Positions 50,880 to 62,743 of a DNA stretch of 64,000 nt are shown piece after piece. Both the position numbers and the translations under genes were made by a program. Each line of letters starts with the position of its first letter. Within the stretch, counting starts at the first letter, position 1. Source of the DNA: Octopus vulgaris (Eukaryota); contig OX597840.1 of assembly GCA_951406725.2 (NCBI GenBank), positions 7,874,001-7,938,000 on the forward strand, read 5' to 3'. The notes under the pieces were generated by a model. That model did no database searches. It was not told the origin of the DNA and was given only the letters and a program-made list of their open reading frames with translations.

Positions 50880-52950
50880 TCTCAGAGTTGGCACTGTCAG
50901 TGTAGGCACATTGAAAGAGTTTGTTGAGATGCTTGACAGGAGGTGCATTGATGTATGTTGCATTCAAGAGGTAAGGTGGAGAGGAGCTTCAGCCATGTTC
51001 CTCATATACAAGACACATAGGTATAAAATCTTCTGGGAAGGCAACAGCGATGGAGTAGGTGGTGTGGGCGTACTTCTTGCAGAGAAATGGGTGGATAAGG
51101 TCATAGAGGTAGTCAGAGTGTGCAAAAGAGTACTTTAGCTTAGGCTAGTTTTGAAGAATAGTACAGCAACAATTATCTCTGCCTACAGCCCACAAGCGGG
51201 TTTACTAAATGAACAAAGGACTGCTTTTATGATATTCTACAGGCTACCTCCAAGACAAGTGACAATGACCTCATCTTCATGGCTGGGGATTTCAATCTGC
51301 ATGTCAGGTAGCAACCCGATATCTTCCATGGTGTACATGGGGGCTATGGAAATTGGTTCTCGAAATAAAGAGGGGACAAAGCTACTGGAGTTCTGTGGTG
51401 CAATTAACCTATTAATCTGCAACACCATCTTCAGGGAACCAGCCGACCACCTGATAACCTACCAACCAGGTGACTACGCTAGCCAGATTGATTACATTCT
51501 TACCAGACAGCAGGATGCATGGTTGCTCCTGAATACAAAGACCTTCGCTGGTGAAGAACGCACCCCCCAGAGCATAGACTAGTCATTAGTAACTTTAGTC
51601 TTCAGGCCAGGAGGAGGCCAAGAAACAGACCAATCTGGAATGAAGGATTTGGAGGCTTAAGGACTCTCTATATGGTCAGAGATTTAGGGACATCCTAATT
51701 GAGAAATTTGATGAGCGGGACTTGTAACATAGAGGGCAACTTGGAATTCCTGTGGGACAGCTTGCTGAGTGCCACAGACCAAATCTGCTGCTGATGCAAA
51801 GTCCCATCCAGACCTAGGATGATGTGGTGGTGGAACAATACTGTAAACAAGGCCATTGGAGCAAAGAAACAAGCCTGGAAGACTGGGAGTAGCAGGGACT
51901 AGAAGGGAAGCTAGGAGACAGATATATCTAGCCAGGGGAGAAGCAGAAAAGAAGTTTACCTATGTTCAGCAACATGAGGATCAAAGACTTGAAATGTTTC
52001 AGATTGCAAGAGTGAGAGAAAATCGTAATGTCATGAGGGAGAAATGTGTCAGCATGGATGATGGTGCACTTGTGTTTAATAATTCTGCAAAGAAAGAGGC
52101 TTGGAAATGCCATTATGAAAGACTGCTGAACGTGGAGAATGAATGCCAAATGTTGACCCAGCTGAGGGATCAGCTATCCAAATCAGCAGTAGCTTAGAAG
52201 ATAAATTAAGGAGATGAAGACAGGGAAGGTCCCCAGCCCATCAGGTATTTCTGCTTAAATGCTTAAAATATATGGTAGAGTAGGATATAGCCTAGTCACC
52301 CATATAGTTAATCAGGTTATCCACAAGGGAGTCATACCCAATGATTGGTGTAGCAGCATCATAGTCAACCGCTACAAAGGCAAAGGTGATGCCTTGGACA
52401 GGAGTAATTTGAGGCTTCAATCTGCTGGACCAGGTGATGAAAGTCACAGAAAGGATCATGGTTCAATTAATTAGGGAGAGAACTAGTGAAGATGAGATGC
52501 AGTTCGGATTTGTGCCAGGCAGAGTGAAAGCATCAGGAGAGAAATGTTGGGTATAAGAGGCATCAGATATGGTGTGCAAGAGAGATGACTGTGCTGGTAT
52601 GGTCATGTAATGTGTATGGATGAGGGTAGCTGTATAAAGAAGTGCCAATCTCTTAACTGTGGAAGGAACCTGTGGTAGAGGTAGACCCTGGAGGATATGG
52701 GATGAGGTAATGAAATATGATCTTCAAGCTTTGGGCCTCACAGAGACGATGACTAATGACCAAGTCCTTTGGCGATATGTCAATGTTTGAGAAGAACCAT
52801 CAAGCCAAGTAGTCATGGCTGATGCAGGTGTCACATAAGTGGCACCCATGCCAGTGTCACATAAAAGCACCCATTACACTCTCAGTGTGGTTGGCATTAG
52901 GAAGGACATCCAACTGTGGGAAACCATGTCAAATCAAACTGGAGTTTGGT
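50880..52950 (+). mobile_element. Degraded RTE-clade LINE (APE endonuclease, RT start, deleted RT core, C-terminus and 3' tail)
   Basis: IDVCCIQEVRW, GVGVLL, IISAYSPQ, AGDFNLHV and SQIDYIL (APE); IPNDWCSSIIV..YKGKGD and QFGFVPGR (RT N-part); CWYGHVMCM...GRGRPW (C-terminus). Many stops and frameshifts. The 3' end matches the SINE C tail. Confidence 0.92.
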
Positions 52951-53014
52951 ACAGACTTCCTTGACGTTAAATGTTGATAATGGGTAATACATACACACAC
53001 ATATTAGTAAATAT

Positions 53015-53591
53015 GTGTGTGTGTGTATATATATACATATGTATGTATGTATATATATACATATGTATATATGTATGTATGTATATATATATATACATAT
53101 GTATATATGTATGTATGTATATATACATATGTATATATGTATGTATGTATATATACATATGTATATATGTATGTATGTATATATACATATGTATATATGT
53201 ATGTATGTATATATACATATGTATATATGTATGTATGTATATATACATATGTATATATGTATGTATGTATATATACATATGTATATATGTATGTATATAT
53301 GTATGTATGTATATATACATATGTATATATGTATGTATGTATGTATATATACATATGTATATATGTATGTATATATACATATGTATATATACATATGTAT
53401 ATATGTATGTATGTATATATGTATGTATATATATATACATATGTATATATGTATGTATATATATATACATATGTATATATGTATGTTTGTATGTATATAT
53501 ACATATGTATATATGTATGTTTGTATGTATATATACATATGTATATATGTATGTTTGTATGTATATATACATATGTATATATGTATGTATG

Positions 53592-53662
<71 letters not shown>

Positions 53663-53722
53663 ATATATATATGTATGTATGTATATATATATATATATGT
53701 ATGTATATATATATATATATAT
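53015..53722. repeat. 30-bp minisatellite (atatacatatgtatatatgtatgtatgtat)n grading into (TA)n/(TATG)n
   Basis: Identical 30-bp phase is visible across lines 53101-53280. Confidence 0.95.
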
Positions 53723-53826
53723 AAAGTTAATCCAAACAAGAGAACACAGAAAAAAAGAGAAAAAAACACAGCAACGCAGGACGTGGAACAATTAAAGTAT
53801 TATTGACGCTCGGGAAAGAAGGGAAG

Positions 53827-53863
<37 letters not shown>

Positions 53864-54522
53864 ATACATTAAAAAAGGAACTTCAGTCTTGCTTGTTTGC
53901 TTGCTTGCAATGTTACACAGCCAAACTGGCACATAATGGGAAAATACTTTGAAAGTAAAGTACCCCTGAATCGTGAATACAAATGGAATAAAACAAGTTT
54001 CACATAAATCAGACCAGTGTTTACTGAGATATTCGGTGTTTTGAGGGTATAAATACCCAAAACGGTGCATAATAGTAAAATACTCTGAAAAAACTTAACG
54101 CTGAAAGGGAGAAACTCTAACCTTTCCATTAGACACATTATGATGGGCAAAATATTTTAAAGTGAAAATGACTTTAAAAATATGGTAAATATTTCGTAAA
54201 AGACATGTTCCTAAGTGCAATGTGAAATAGTCTTTTTCCTTAGGCTTCTTTTTCACGTCCAAAGATTTGTTATTTCTAGCATGCCCTGCTACCACATAAC
54301 TATTTGCAATAAAGGACCTGAAATACCTGTTATGTGGTAGCAAGGCATGCAAGAAATAACAGCTAAATCTTTCCTTTTGGGGGAAAGGAGCCGTTTACAT
54401 GTGATTTTGATGTCACATTCGTTGAAAGCATGTGAAATAACCTGGAAACAAAACTCCATTGCTAGGACACACAGACTTCCCCGGTGATCCAATGTGTCAC
54501 AGGTAGTCTAGACTAGTGTATG

Positions 54523-54553
<31 letters not shown>

Positions 54554-54565
54554 TTGTGTGTGTGT

Positions 54566-54649
54566 GTCAGGATGGCCAAGCAGTCTAAAGTGTCAGACTC
54601 AAGTTCTGGTCCACTAATGTGGGTGTGGGTTCGGATCCTACTTCTGACA
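54566..54649 (+). pseudogene. tRNA-Leu(CAA) pseudogene, intronless
   Basis: GTCAGGATGGCC...TCAGA-CTCAAGT-TCTGG, long variable arm, GTGGG-TTCGGAT-CCTAC-TTCTGACA. The acceptor stem is intact but the D-loop GG and T-loop A58 are mutated; T7 terminator-like run at 54655-54661. Confidence 0.85.
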
Positions 54650-54721
54650 GATAATTTTTTTAAAGGTGGTGCTTCAGCATGGCCAGTCAAATGACTGAAA
54701 CAAGTAAAAGAGTAAAAGAGA

Positions 54722-54950
54722 TATCATCATCATTTAACATCTGTTGTCCATGCTGGCATGGGTTTGACGGTTTGACCAGGGCTGCACCAGACCCCAGTCA
54801 GATTTGACAGTCTCTACAACTGGATACCTTTCCTAATGCCAACCACTTTTACAAGCCACTGGCACGGGTGCCATTTACAGGACACTGGCATCGGCCACAT
54901 TGCCTCCATGGGGCCCAGCACTTGAATAGTGCTTTTTACGTGCCACCAGC
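54722..54950 (-). mobile_element. SINE family C, degenerate
   Basis: Reverse complement of the family C tail. Confidence 0.75.
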
Positions 54951-55116
54951 AACATGTATATATGCTTTTGCATGTAATGTGTGTGTATATATCTTTTGTA
55001 TTATGTGTTGTTTGTGTGCACATATTTTTGTTTTATATATGATGCATATATATACTTTTGTTTTAAATGTGGTGTTTGTGTATGTTTTACTTTTGTATGC
55101 GAGATGTTTTTGTAAG

Positions 55117-55155
<39 letters not shown>

Positions 55156-55186
55156 TTACATATAAGAGAGAGGGTACGTATACCGC

Positions 55187-55219
<33 letters not shown>

Positions 55220-55224
<5 letters not shown>

Positions 55225-55385
55225 CAAACTGGGACAAGAACGCAAAACATTTAGAAGACGATACAAAAAACACGGACGGGTCATTCGAAGCCTTCAATCT
55301 TCAGTCAAGAACTGGATCATCCTCGCAATTTCGGTTGATTAATCTTGATTGATTAATTAATGTTTTGCGTTCTTGTCCCAGTTTG

Positions 55386-55390
<5 letters not shown>
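55220..55390. mobile_element. 171-bp element with perfect 32-bp terminal inverted repeats in (TA)n
   Basis: aaatacaaactgggacaagaacgcaaaacatt / aatgttttgcgttcttgtcccagtttgtattt. Confidence 0.85.
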
Positions 55391-55435
<45 letters not shown>

Positions 55436-55624
55436 CTTTTTATGTGATTGTGTGTATGTGTATTTTTATTTCATTTATGGTGTGTGTACATGTTTTGTTT
55501 TATACATGTGGTTGTATGTTTTGTACATGTGTTTGTTTTATACATTGTATGTTTTTTTTTGAATAAATGATATGTGTGTGTATATATATATATACATATA
55601 TATATATACATATACATATATACA

Positions 55625-55682
<58 letters not shown>

Positions 55683-55706
55683 CATATATAAATATATATA
55701 TGTATA

Positions 55707-55747
<41 letters not shown>

Positions 55748-56072
55748 GTGTGTGTTTTTGTCTTGCATATTATGTTTGTTTGTGTGTGTATAATTATAAA
55801 TGAAAAAAATAATTATGAACCAAAAAAAAATATATATATATATATATACTCAATACATGTAGAGTTTACTCCTTTATTTAAATTTCAGTGTCTGCGAAGA
55901 ACGGAGACAGGAAAACTCAGAGCAGTGGCAGCAGGAAACCTCAACTTCAAATAACAGATTATATCAACAAACATACTCACTCACGAACACATCTATTTAC
56001 ATGTAGATATATATATACATATATACAATAACAAATGGTATAGGGTGAATGTATATATTATATGTAAAGAAT

Positions 56073-57217
56073 ATGGTACAACAATGCACTATAATACAGA
56101 CAATGGGCTATATACCTGTTGTAATTTAGTTATCCATAGTCTGATAATATTTCGGACTAATATTCCTTCTTCAGATATTCTTAGATGGAATCGCTGCTAT
56201 AATTGGTTTTCCAACGGTTTTTCTTTTCTATTTATCACCTGAAGAGACACATCTGCACCCACAGATGCCCCTGAACCAGTTGTTAAGCATCCTACCTGTG
56301 AGGGATCGATGCTAAATATGTATTTCTTTACTACCCACAAGGGGCTAAACATAGAGAGGACAAACAAGGACAGACAAACGGATTAAGTCGATTACATCGA
56401 CTCCAGTGCATAACTGGTACTTAATTTATCGACCCCGAAAGGATGAAAGGCAAAGTCAACCTCGGCGGAATTTGAACTCATAACGTAGCGGCAGACGAAG
56501 TACGGCTATGCATTTCACCCGGCGTGCTAACGTTTCTGCTATATGTTGAAACAATTGTAATGATTGATAAAAACTTTTGTATCTTTCATCTCTCATTAAC
56601 TAAATACATAACGAACACTGTGCAAGTGACTGTGAAAAAGCCATTGGAAAACCGATTATAGCAGTGATTCCTTCTAAGAATATCCGAAGAAGGAATATTA
56701 TTCTGAAATATCATATTAGACTATGGATGACTGAATTACAACAGGTATATAACCCATTAGGTGGCGAGCTGGCAGAAACGTTAGCACGCTGGGCGAAATG
56801 CTTAGCGGTATTTCGTCTGTGTTACGTTGTGAGTTCAAATTCCGCCGAGGTCGACTTTGCCTTTCATCCTTTCGGGGTCGATAAATTAAGTACCAGTTAC
56901 AAACTGGGGTCGATGTAATCGACTTAATACCTATGTCTGTCCTTGTTTGTTCCCTCTGTGTTTAGCCTCTTGTGGCTAATAAAGAAATAGGTATTTCATC
57001 TGCCGCTATGTTCTGAGTTCAAATTCCGCCGAGGTCGACTTTGCCTTTCATCCTTTCGGGGTTGATAAATTAAGTACCAGTTACGAACTGGGGTCGATGT
57101 AATCGACTTAATACCTATGTCTGTCCTTGTTTGTTCCCTCTATGTTTAGCCCCTTGTGGGTAATAAAGAAATAGGTATATAGCCCATTGTCTGTATTATA
57201 GTGCAATGCTGTACCAT
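56073..57217. mobile_element. Fold-back element (~150-bp arms) with three hammerhead-like motifs, interrupted by SINE B insertions
   Basis: Left arm 56073-56223; right arm 56634-56758 plus 57189-57217. SINE B (-) at 56321-56539; SINE B dimer (+) at 56759-57172 with 16-bp TSD aggtatata(a/g)cccatt. Confidence 0.8.
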
Positions 57218-57578
57218 TCAAAATTTTTCATTCTTTGCAAACAATACACAATGCTTCAAGCAAACTACAATACTCTCCTATATATTATATATATATATAT
57301 ATATATTGACAAACCACATGTGATGACAAAAGATGTAGATCTCACTATCATTGAAAAGAGAAGACTATATTTATTAAATGATACAGTCATGGAGACTCAC
57401 ATACAAAACTTGAAGTTTCTGTGTCAATGACATAATGACTGCTACACTTCTTCAGCTGTTGTAAGCCTGGTGCCTGCTTGCCAGCTAAGGTGATACACTG
57501 ATCATCATATTGTTGGCAGAAACCTGAAGTCTTGTATGTGAATCTTAATGTATGTATGTACGTGTGTATGTGTGTTAA

Positions 57579-57797
57579 CCCTTTAGTATTTAAACCGGCC
57601 ATATCCGGCCAAAATAACTAATCTGTTTTATGTTCAAACTGACCAGATCCAGGCTCTCACACCTACCCTACAATGTTATTCTACATTAAGTAATTACACC
57701 ATCAAGATCTTGAAGATATGAGATAATGCATGATTAATTCAAATCAATATGAATCAATAAGCATTATGTTTGATAGAATAATCTGAACACTAAAAGG
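57579..57797 (+). mobile_element. piggyBac-like MITE P1
   Basis: TTAA TSD; near identical to 26133-26341. Confidence 0.85.
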
Positions 57798-58070
57798 TTA
57801 AAAGGTTATTATTTTAAAATATTAAAGCAAGTTTAAGAATAACCATGGGCCATTTGTGACTTTTCAGATAGTTCGTTAGCGGCAAGCAGAGTCAAATTTA
57901 TTGTGAAGATTCAGGTGAATGAGACTGCACAATACATGCATGAATGAAGCTGGTTATTCACCTCGTTACAGTTTGCTTAATGAAAACAAAACTTTGTGTT
58001 GACACAGGAAAGATAACATGGAACTGAGTAGCCAGCTTCAGACATATACATATATATACATATATATATA

Positions 58071-58374
58071 CTAGCAGTATTGCCCGGCTTTTTGTTTTTA
58101 TTTTTCATGCAATTTACACATGCTTGCACGTGTGGTGAACACAGTTCACGTCAAACAGCTGACTGAGTAAAGTTCACTATTCAATGCATGGGATAAGGCC
58201 TAAACAAACACATTATCGATTTTTGCACTTGCGAGATGAATTTCGGAACAGAAATAGCGCAGTTCAATTTTCATTCGCCTAAACTTTAAGTGACCCATTT
58301 TTGGTGGTTCTACGATTTTCCGGCTAGGAGGAGATGTGCCGGGAAGTTAGACACACAGACAGACAGACACACGA

Positions 58375-58385
<11 letters not shown>
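58071..58385 (-). mobile_element. Non-autonomous Helitron-like element
   Basis: Minus strand starts tatataaaactcgtgtgtctgtctgtctg (subterminal TCTG microsatellite) and ends ccgggcaatactgCTAG-T. Confidence 0.6.
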
Positions 58386-58414
<29 letters not shown>

Positions 58415-58489
58415 GGTACACACATACATTTATATGTATGTACATAAATATAACAGCACTTTCTGACATTCCTTATTCAAGATACAAAA

Positions 58490-58900
58490 GCAGTCACTAA
58501 GACATATCTTATAACTGATAGTCACATCATGAAAAGATAGTACATTAGCAATGACTGACATTCCAGTTATGACATAACTACACTAGTTCTGACATTACTG
58601 TACAGTGCCTATGACTGATTTTCTAGATATGACAATATTATGCAATGTCTATGATCTTGTTATATCACTAAATTATGATGTCTTATGACTGATCCAGTTA
58701 TGACACTAGATCAGTCTTAGTTCTAGTCATAATACTACCATACAATATCTATGATCTTGCTATGTCGCTAAATTATGATGTCTTATGACTGATCCAGTTA
58801 TGACACTAGATCAGTCATAGATCTAGTTATGATACTACCATACAATGGCTATGACTAACATTCAAACCAATGATAAATCATTCCAGTGGCTATGACTCAG
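58490..58900. repeat. Diverged tandem repeat (clear 100-bp duplication at 58645 and 58745)
   Basis: ctatgatcttg.tat.tc.ctaaattatgatgtcttatgactgatccagttatgacactagatcagtc occurs twice, with flanking degenerate units. Confidence 0.8.
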
Positions 58901-59269
58901 CATCCACTTAACCTACACATCATGGTCAACCGTTCAATGTAAGACCTGATGTAGCTGGTTCTAATCACAGTATCAGAACTGACACGCTAAAAGTTCTGGT
59001 ATTATCCAAAATAGTTGGTGCTGCCTAAGAAGAAGAAAAAAAAAAGCACTTTGGCTACGGTTGAGATGTTCTTCTCAACTAAGGCCACATAAAGTTTTTT
59101 TGGAGTGGGGATTAAGGGGGGAGCTGTTCGTTCACTGCAAGTATTGTTGTTGTTGATGTTGGTGATGGCTATGATGTTAATAATCTGATACAGAAACGGA
59201 TACTTTTGAAGATTTTGTTTCTCACCAAAGCTTAGTAAAAATCAGTCCTTTTCGTTAGCGCTTCTTGTT

Positions 59270-60060
59270 TTAATTATTTTAATGATTCAGTCTGGAGGAA
59301 AAGAAAGGAGGTTATGTTGTGCCTCTGATTTTTAAAAGTCCTCCAGCAAGAACGGTAACATTGGCACGGCACAGTCAATGTTCTGTAGGGAAGAACTTGA
59401 GAATGAATTTTAGATATTTTAATGATTCAGTCTGGAGGAAAAGAAAGGAGGTTGTGTAGTGCCTGAGATTTTTAAAAGTCCTCCAGCAAGAATGGTAACA
59501 TTGGCATGGCACAGTTAATGTTCTGTAGGGAAGAACTTGAGATTGAATTTTAGATATTTTAATGATTCAGTTGGGAGGAAAGGCAATTTGATTTCGATTT
59601 TTAAGGGCCCCTTCTCCCAGCAAGAACAGTAACACTGACATGGTGCAATTGATATTCTGTAGTCAAGAGCATGCAATTGAATTTTAATTATGTTAAGGAT
59701 TTGGTGTGAAGGGAAGGAAATGAGATTGTGATTTTTTAAAGGGCCTGATGAGAATGGTAACATTGACACAGCACAGCCAATGTTCTGGAGCAAAATGCAT
59801 GCGAATTAGAATTATGTTAAGGGTTTGGTGTGAAGGAAAGGAAAAGAAACGAGATTGTAATTTTTATGAGATCTGATGAGAACAGTAACGTCAATACGGC
59901 ACAGTCAATGTTTGGTAGTAAAGACTTTAGGGTTGAATTTTAAATATTTTAATGATTCGATTGGGAGGAAAGGAGGTTGTGATTAGGACTTTTGAGAGCC
60001 CTCCAGTAAGAACGGCTGAGTCAAATCTTCCCTGGTGAAGAATATGAGATCAAATTCTAA
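59270..60060. repeat. Diverged ~120-140-bp tandem repeat (about six units)
   Basis: ttttaatgattcagtctggaggaaaagaaaggaggtt...ccagcaagaa.ggtaacattggca.ggcacagt.aatgttctg recurs. Confidence 0.85.
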
Positions 60061-60369
60061 AAAAAGTTTTAATCTGTTTTCGTTTGTTTCTACTCCGACT
60101 GGCTACAATTGTACAATAATGCGCTTTGGTCGAACTGTGACCCATATTTATTTATATATATTTTTGACCAGTGAGTCGTAATGGTGTTGTGTTTCTACAA
60201 TGTCCAGCAACACTGTTGACCACTGCAAAATATTTCTCACTGTTCCTGCTGTGTTTTACCTTACTGGTTATTGTTCTATCATTGACATATGGGAATGTTT
60301 TGTCTAGTTGTTTCACTAAATTTAAAATTAATTTAAGAATTAACCTAAGCTGATTAGACATTAGGAACC

Positions 60370-60640
60370 AAAACCTGGCATCAAGGAAGGCATCCTGGCA
60401 TTAAGGAGTGCACCCTGGTGTTAGGAAGTGCATCTTGGCACTAGGAAATGCATTCTGGTGCTAGGAAGGACATTCTGGCATTAGGAAATGCATCCTGGTG
60501 TTAAGGAGTGCCCTCTGGCATTAGGAAGGGCGTCCAGCCATAGAAACCATGTCAAAACATGGAGTTTGGATAGTCCTCTGTATCCCACACTGTCCAATCT
60601 ATGCCAGCATGGAAGACGGACATTAAATGGTTATAATGAT
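60370..60640 (+). repeat. 20-bp minisatellite derived from the SINE C motif ggcattaggaagggcatcc, followed by the SINE C tail
   Basis: About eight units of ctggcattaggaa.gcatc run directly into ...gcgtccagccatagaaacc...ggacattaaa. Confidence 0.8.
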
Positions 60641-60998
60641 GCAGAGGAGGATAATTATAAATCCAGTAGTCTGCTTTAAATTTGATCTTCATGCTTATTA
60701 TTATTATTATATTAGAGTTAATTATATTTGTTTTCATTTCTGTTACTTTCCTTAATACATTTCTGGCTCCACCCCTGTCTCTACCCGCCATATGCACTCT
60801 CTTAGGTTTCCAGTTCTGACACTTTTTCTCCTCACCCCACCAACCAACTGATCTTACCTTTGTTAGGCCAATCCCTGGCTCTGTGGCTTCCCCAGTCACC
60901 TGTGGTTTTCCTTATTCTTATCACATTTTGAGATAATGCTAAGTAAAAATGGACGAAAATAAAGACTTTTGTTGGATCACGGCAATGTAAAAAACATA

Positions 60999-61909
60999 CA
61001 GTGATCCCTCGTATATCGTGATAGATTGGTTCCGAGACCAGCTACGATAACTGAATTTTCGCGAAGTAGGGATACCATATTTACAGTATTTATTTAACGT
61101 GTATTTGGACTTAAAACACCTCCCTGTACTCTTAACAACCCACCCATTACAGTAGTAATAACAAGGACAACTGTTTAGCAATAATACATTAGATTTTAAA
61201 AAATAAAGATTGTTACTGTTACACAGGCCAGATTACAAAATAGAAAGCTGTGATTCGTCGTCTCTCTCTCTCCATTGCATCAATCACAGCCCGTCTTAAG
61301 TTCAAATACCCCTGTATATGATTTTTGGCTATTTTACACTTGTTTTGTTGTTCCTAGACTAGGAAATAATATTTATTGGATCTTTTCGGTTTGAACAGCA
61401 GTTTTTTCTAGCGGTGTCATATGAAATTGTCACCCATAATTATGACCCTAGTATCGATCTATTGCATTTCAATCTGTTTTAGGGTTAGGAGGAAGGGTAT
61501 CTTTTTTTCTTCAGAAATGTAAATAAACCCAGTCTGTTTCTTAAACGAAGGACATATTCATACGGCACAGAGTGGGTTTTTTTTTACCTCAATGGACGTC
61601 ATTGATTGGTTGAAATTGCAAAAATTGAAGGAAAAAAACAACAACAAATATCTTACAAACTACAGAATTTTCTCAATAAAGCCAAGAGAAAAGATGTTTT
61701 ATAAACACATTCTACCAGTATACGAAGTTTAAAAGTGTTTAGTTACGTGGAAATTATTTTAAAAAACTGCCGGTCAAACCGAAAAGATCCTATTTATTAT
61801 TAATATTTTAATGGATTTAATGAAAAATTTTAGGAGTTCATATATATTTGAAAAACCGCGAAGTTGTGAATCTGCGATAGTTGAACCGCGAAGTAGCGAA
61901 GGATCACTG
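60999..61909. mobile_element. Tigger/pogo-like non-autonomous element with a nested MITE
   Basis: TA-CAGTGATCCCTCG ... CGAAGGATCACTG-TA termini. Confidence 0.8.
61378..61790 (+). mobile_element. MITE with GG...CC TIRs and 8-bp TSD (Merlin-like), copy 1
   Basis: TIR ggatcttttcggtttgaac.gcagtttttt; TSD tatttatt at 61370-61377 and 61791-61798. Confidence 0.85.
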
Positions 61910-62743
61910 TATTTAGATAAATAAAATTTTAGAAATTGGACTCTGAGAGGAGGAGGAAGAAAGGGAGAGAGAGAGAGAAGCAATGGCATGCTCCTTCCTC
62001 TTCTTTTACCTCCTCCATTAGCCAATATTTTTTTTTGTTTTACTTTTTCCAAATTTGCAAACTTGTGAAGGCAGATAGTAAGACTTACAACATGATGACG
62101 AAGACGACGACAAGGGGGATGGTGATGGTGGTGATGCCGATGATGATGATGACGGAAAGGGCGGCGTGGTGGTGGCGGTGGTGGTGACAGTCATGAGATG
62201 TAATTAATGTTTCACTCACCCAACCACCCACTCTCCCCTCCTTGCTCTCCACGCACTCACAACCTCTCCTCCACCTGCCCATACACCAGTTTATTTGAAA
62301 CTAATCCCAGCCTCTGCAGCCTTCCTCCTCCTCCTCCTCCCGTGATGTCCTTTACTTCTTCCTCCTCCCCCTCCCCCTCACGTGATCTTAAGTCGAGGTT
62401 TTTTTTTTTGCTTTATTTAAAAAAAAAAAGACTCTTGTTACTTCCTTCCTTAATACCCACCCCTCTTCCATCCCGCACCGCCGTGTCACATGACAAATCC
62501 CCCCCCCTCCAAGCACCCTAACCCATTACCTGCTTCTCACACACACACACACACAAGAAAAATAACGTCAGAGAAAAACATTTTTTAAAGTCAGTTGTCT
62601 CCCCTTGACTTGTTGGCCGATAAACAGTTTTCACTTTTTCCTTACATTTCGCACACACATACATACTGGTGTATGTAATTGTTTGTGTGTGTGTGTGTAT
62701 GTTTATATGTGTGTGTATGTATGCAATGTTCAGTACTCATTCT

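Noticed and set aside
55889-55954. Acceptor-like tttcag followed by a short purine-rich open frame
   Set aside because: No partner exons or recognisable protein.
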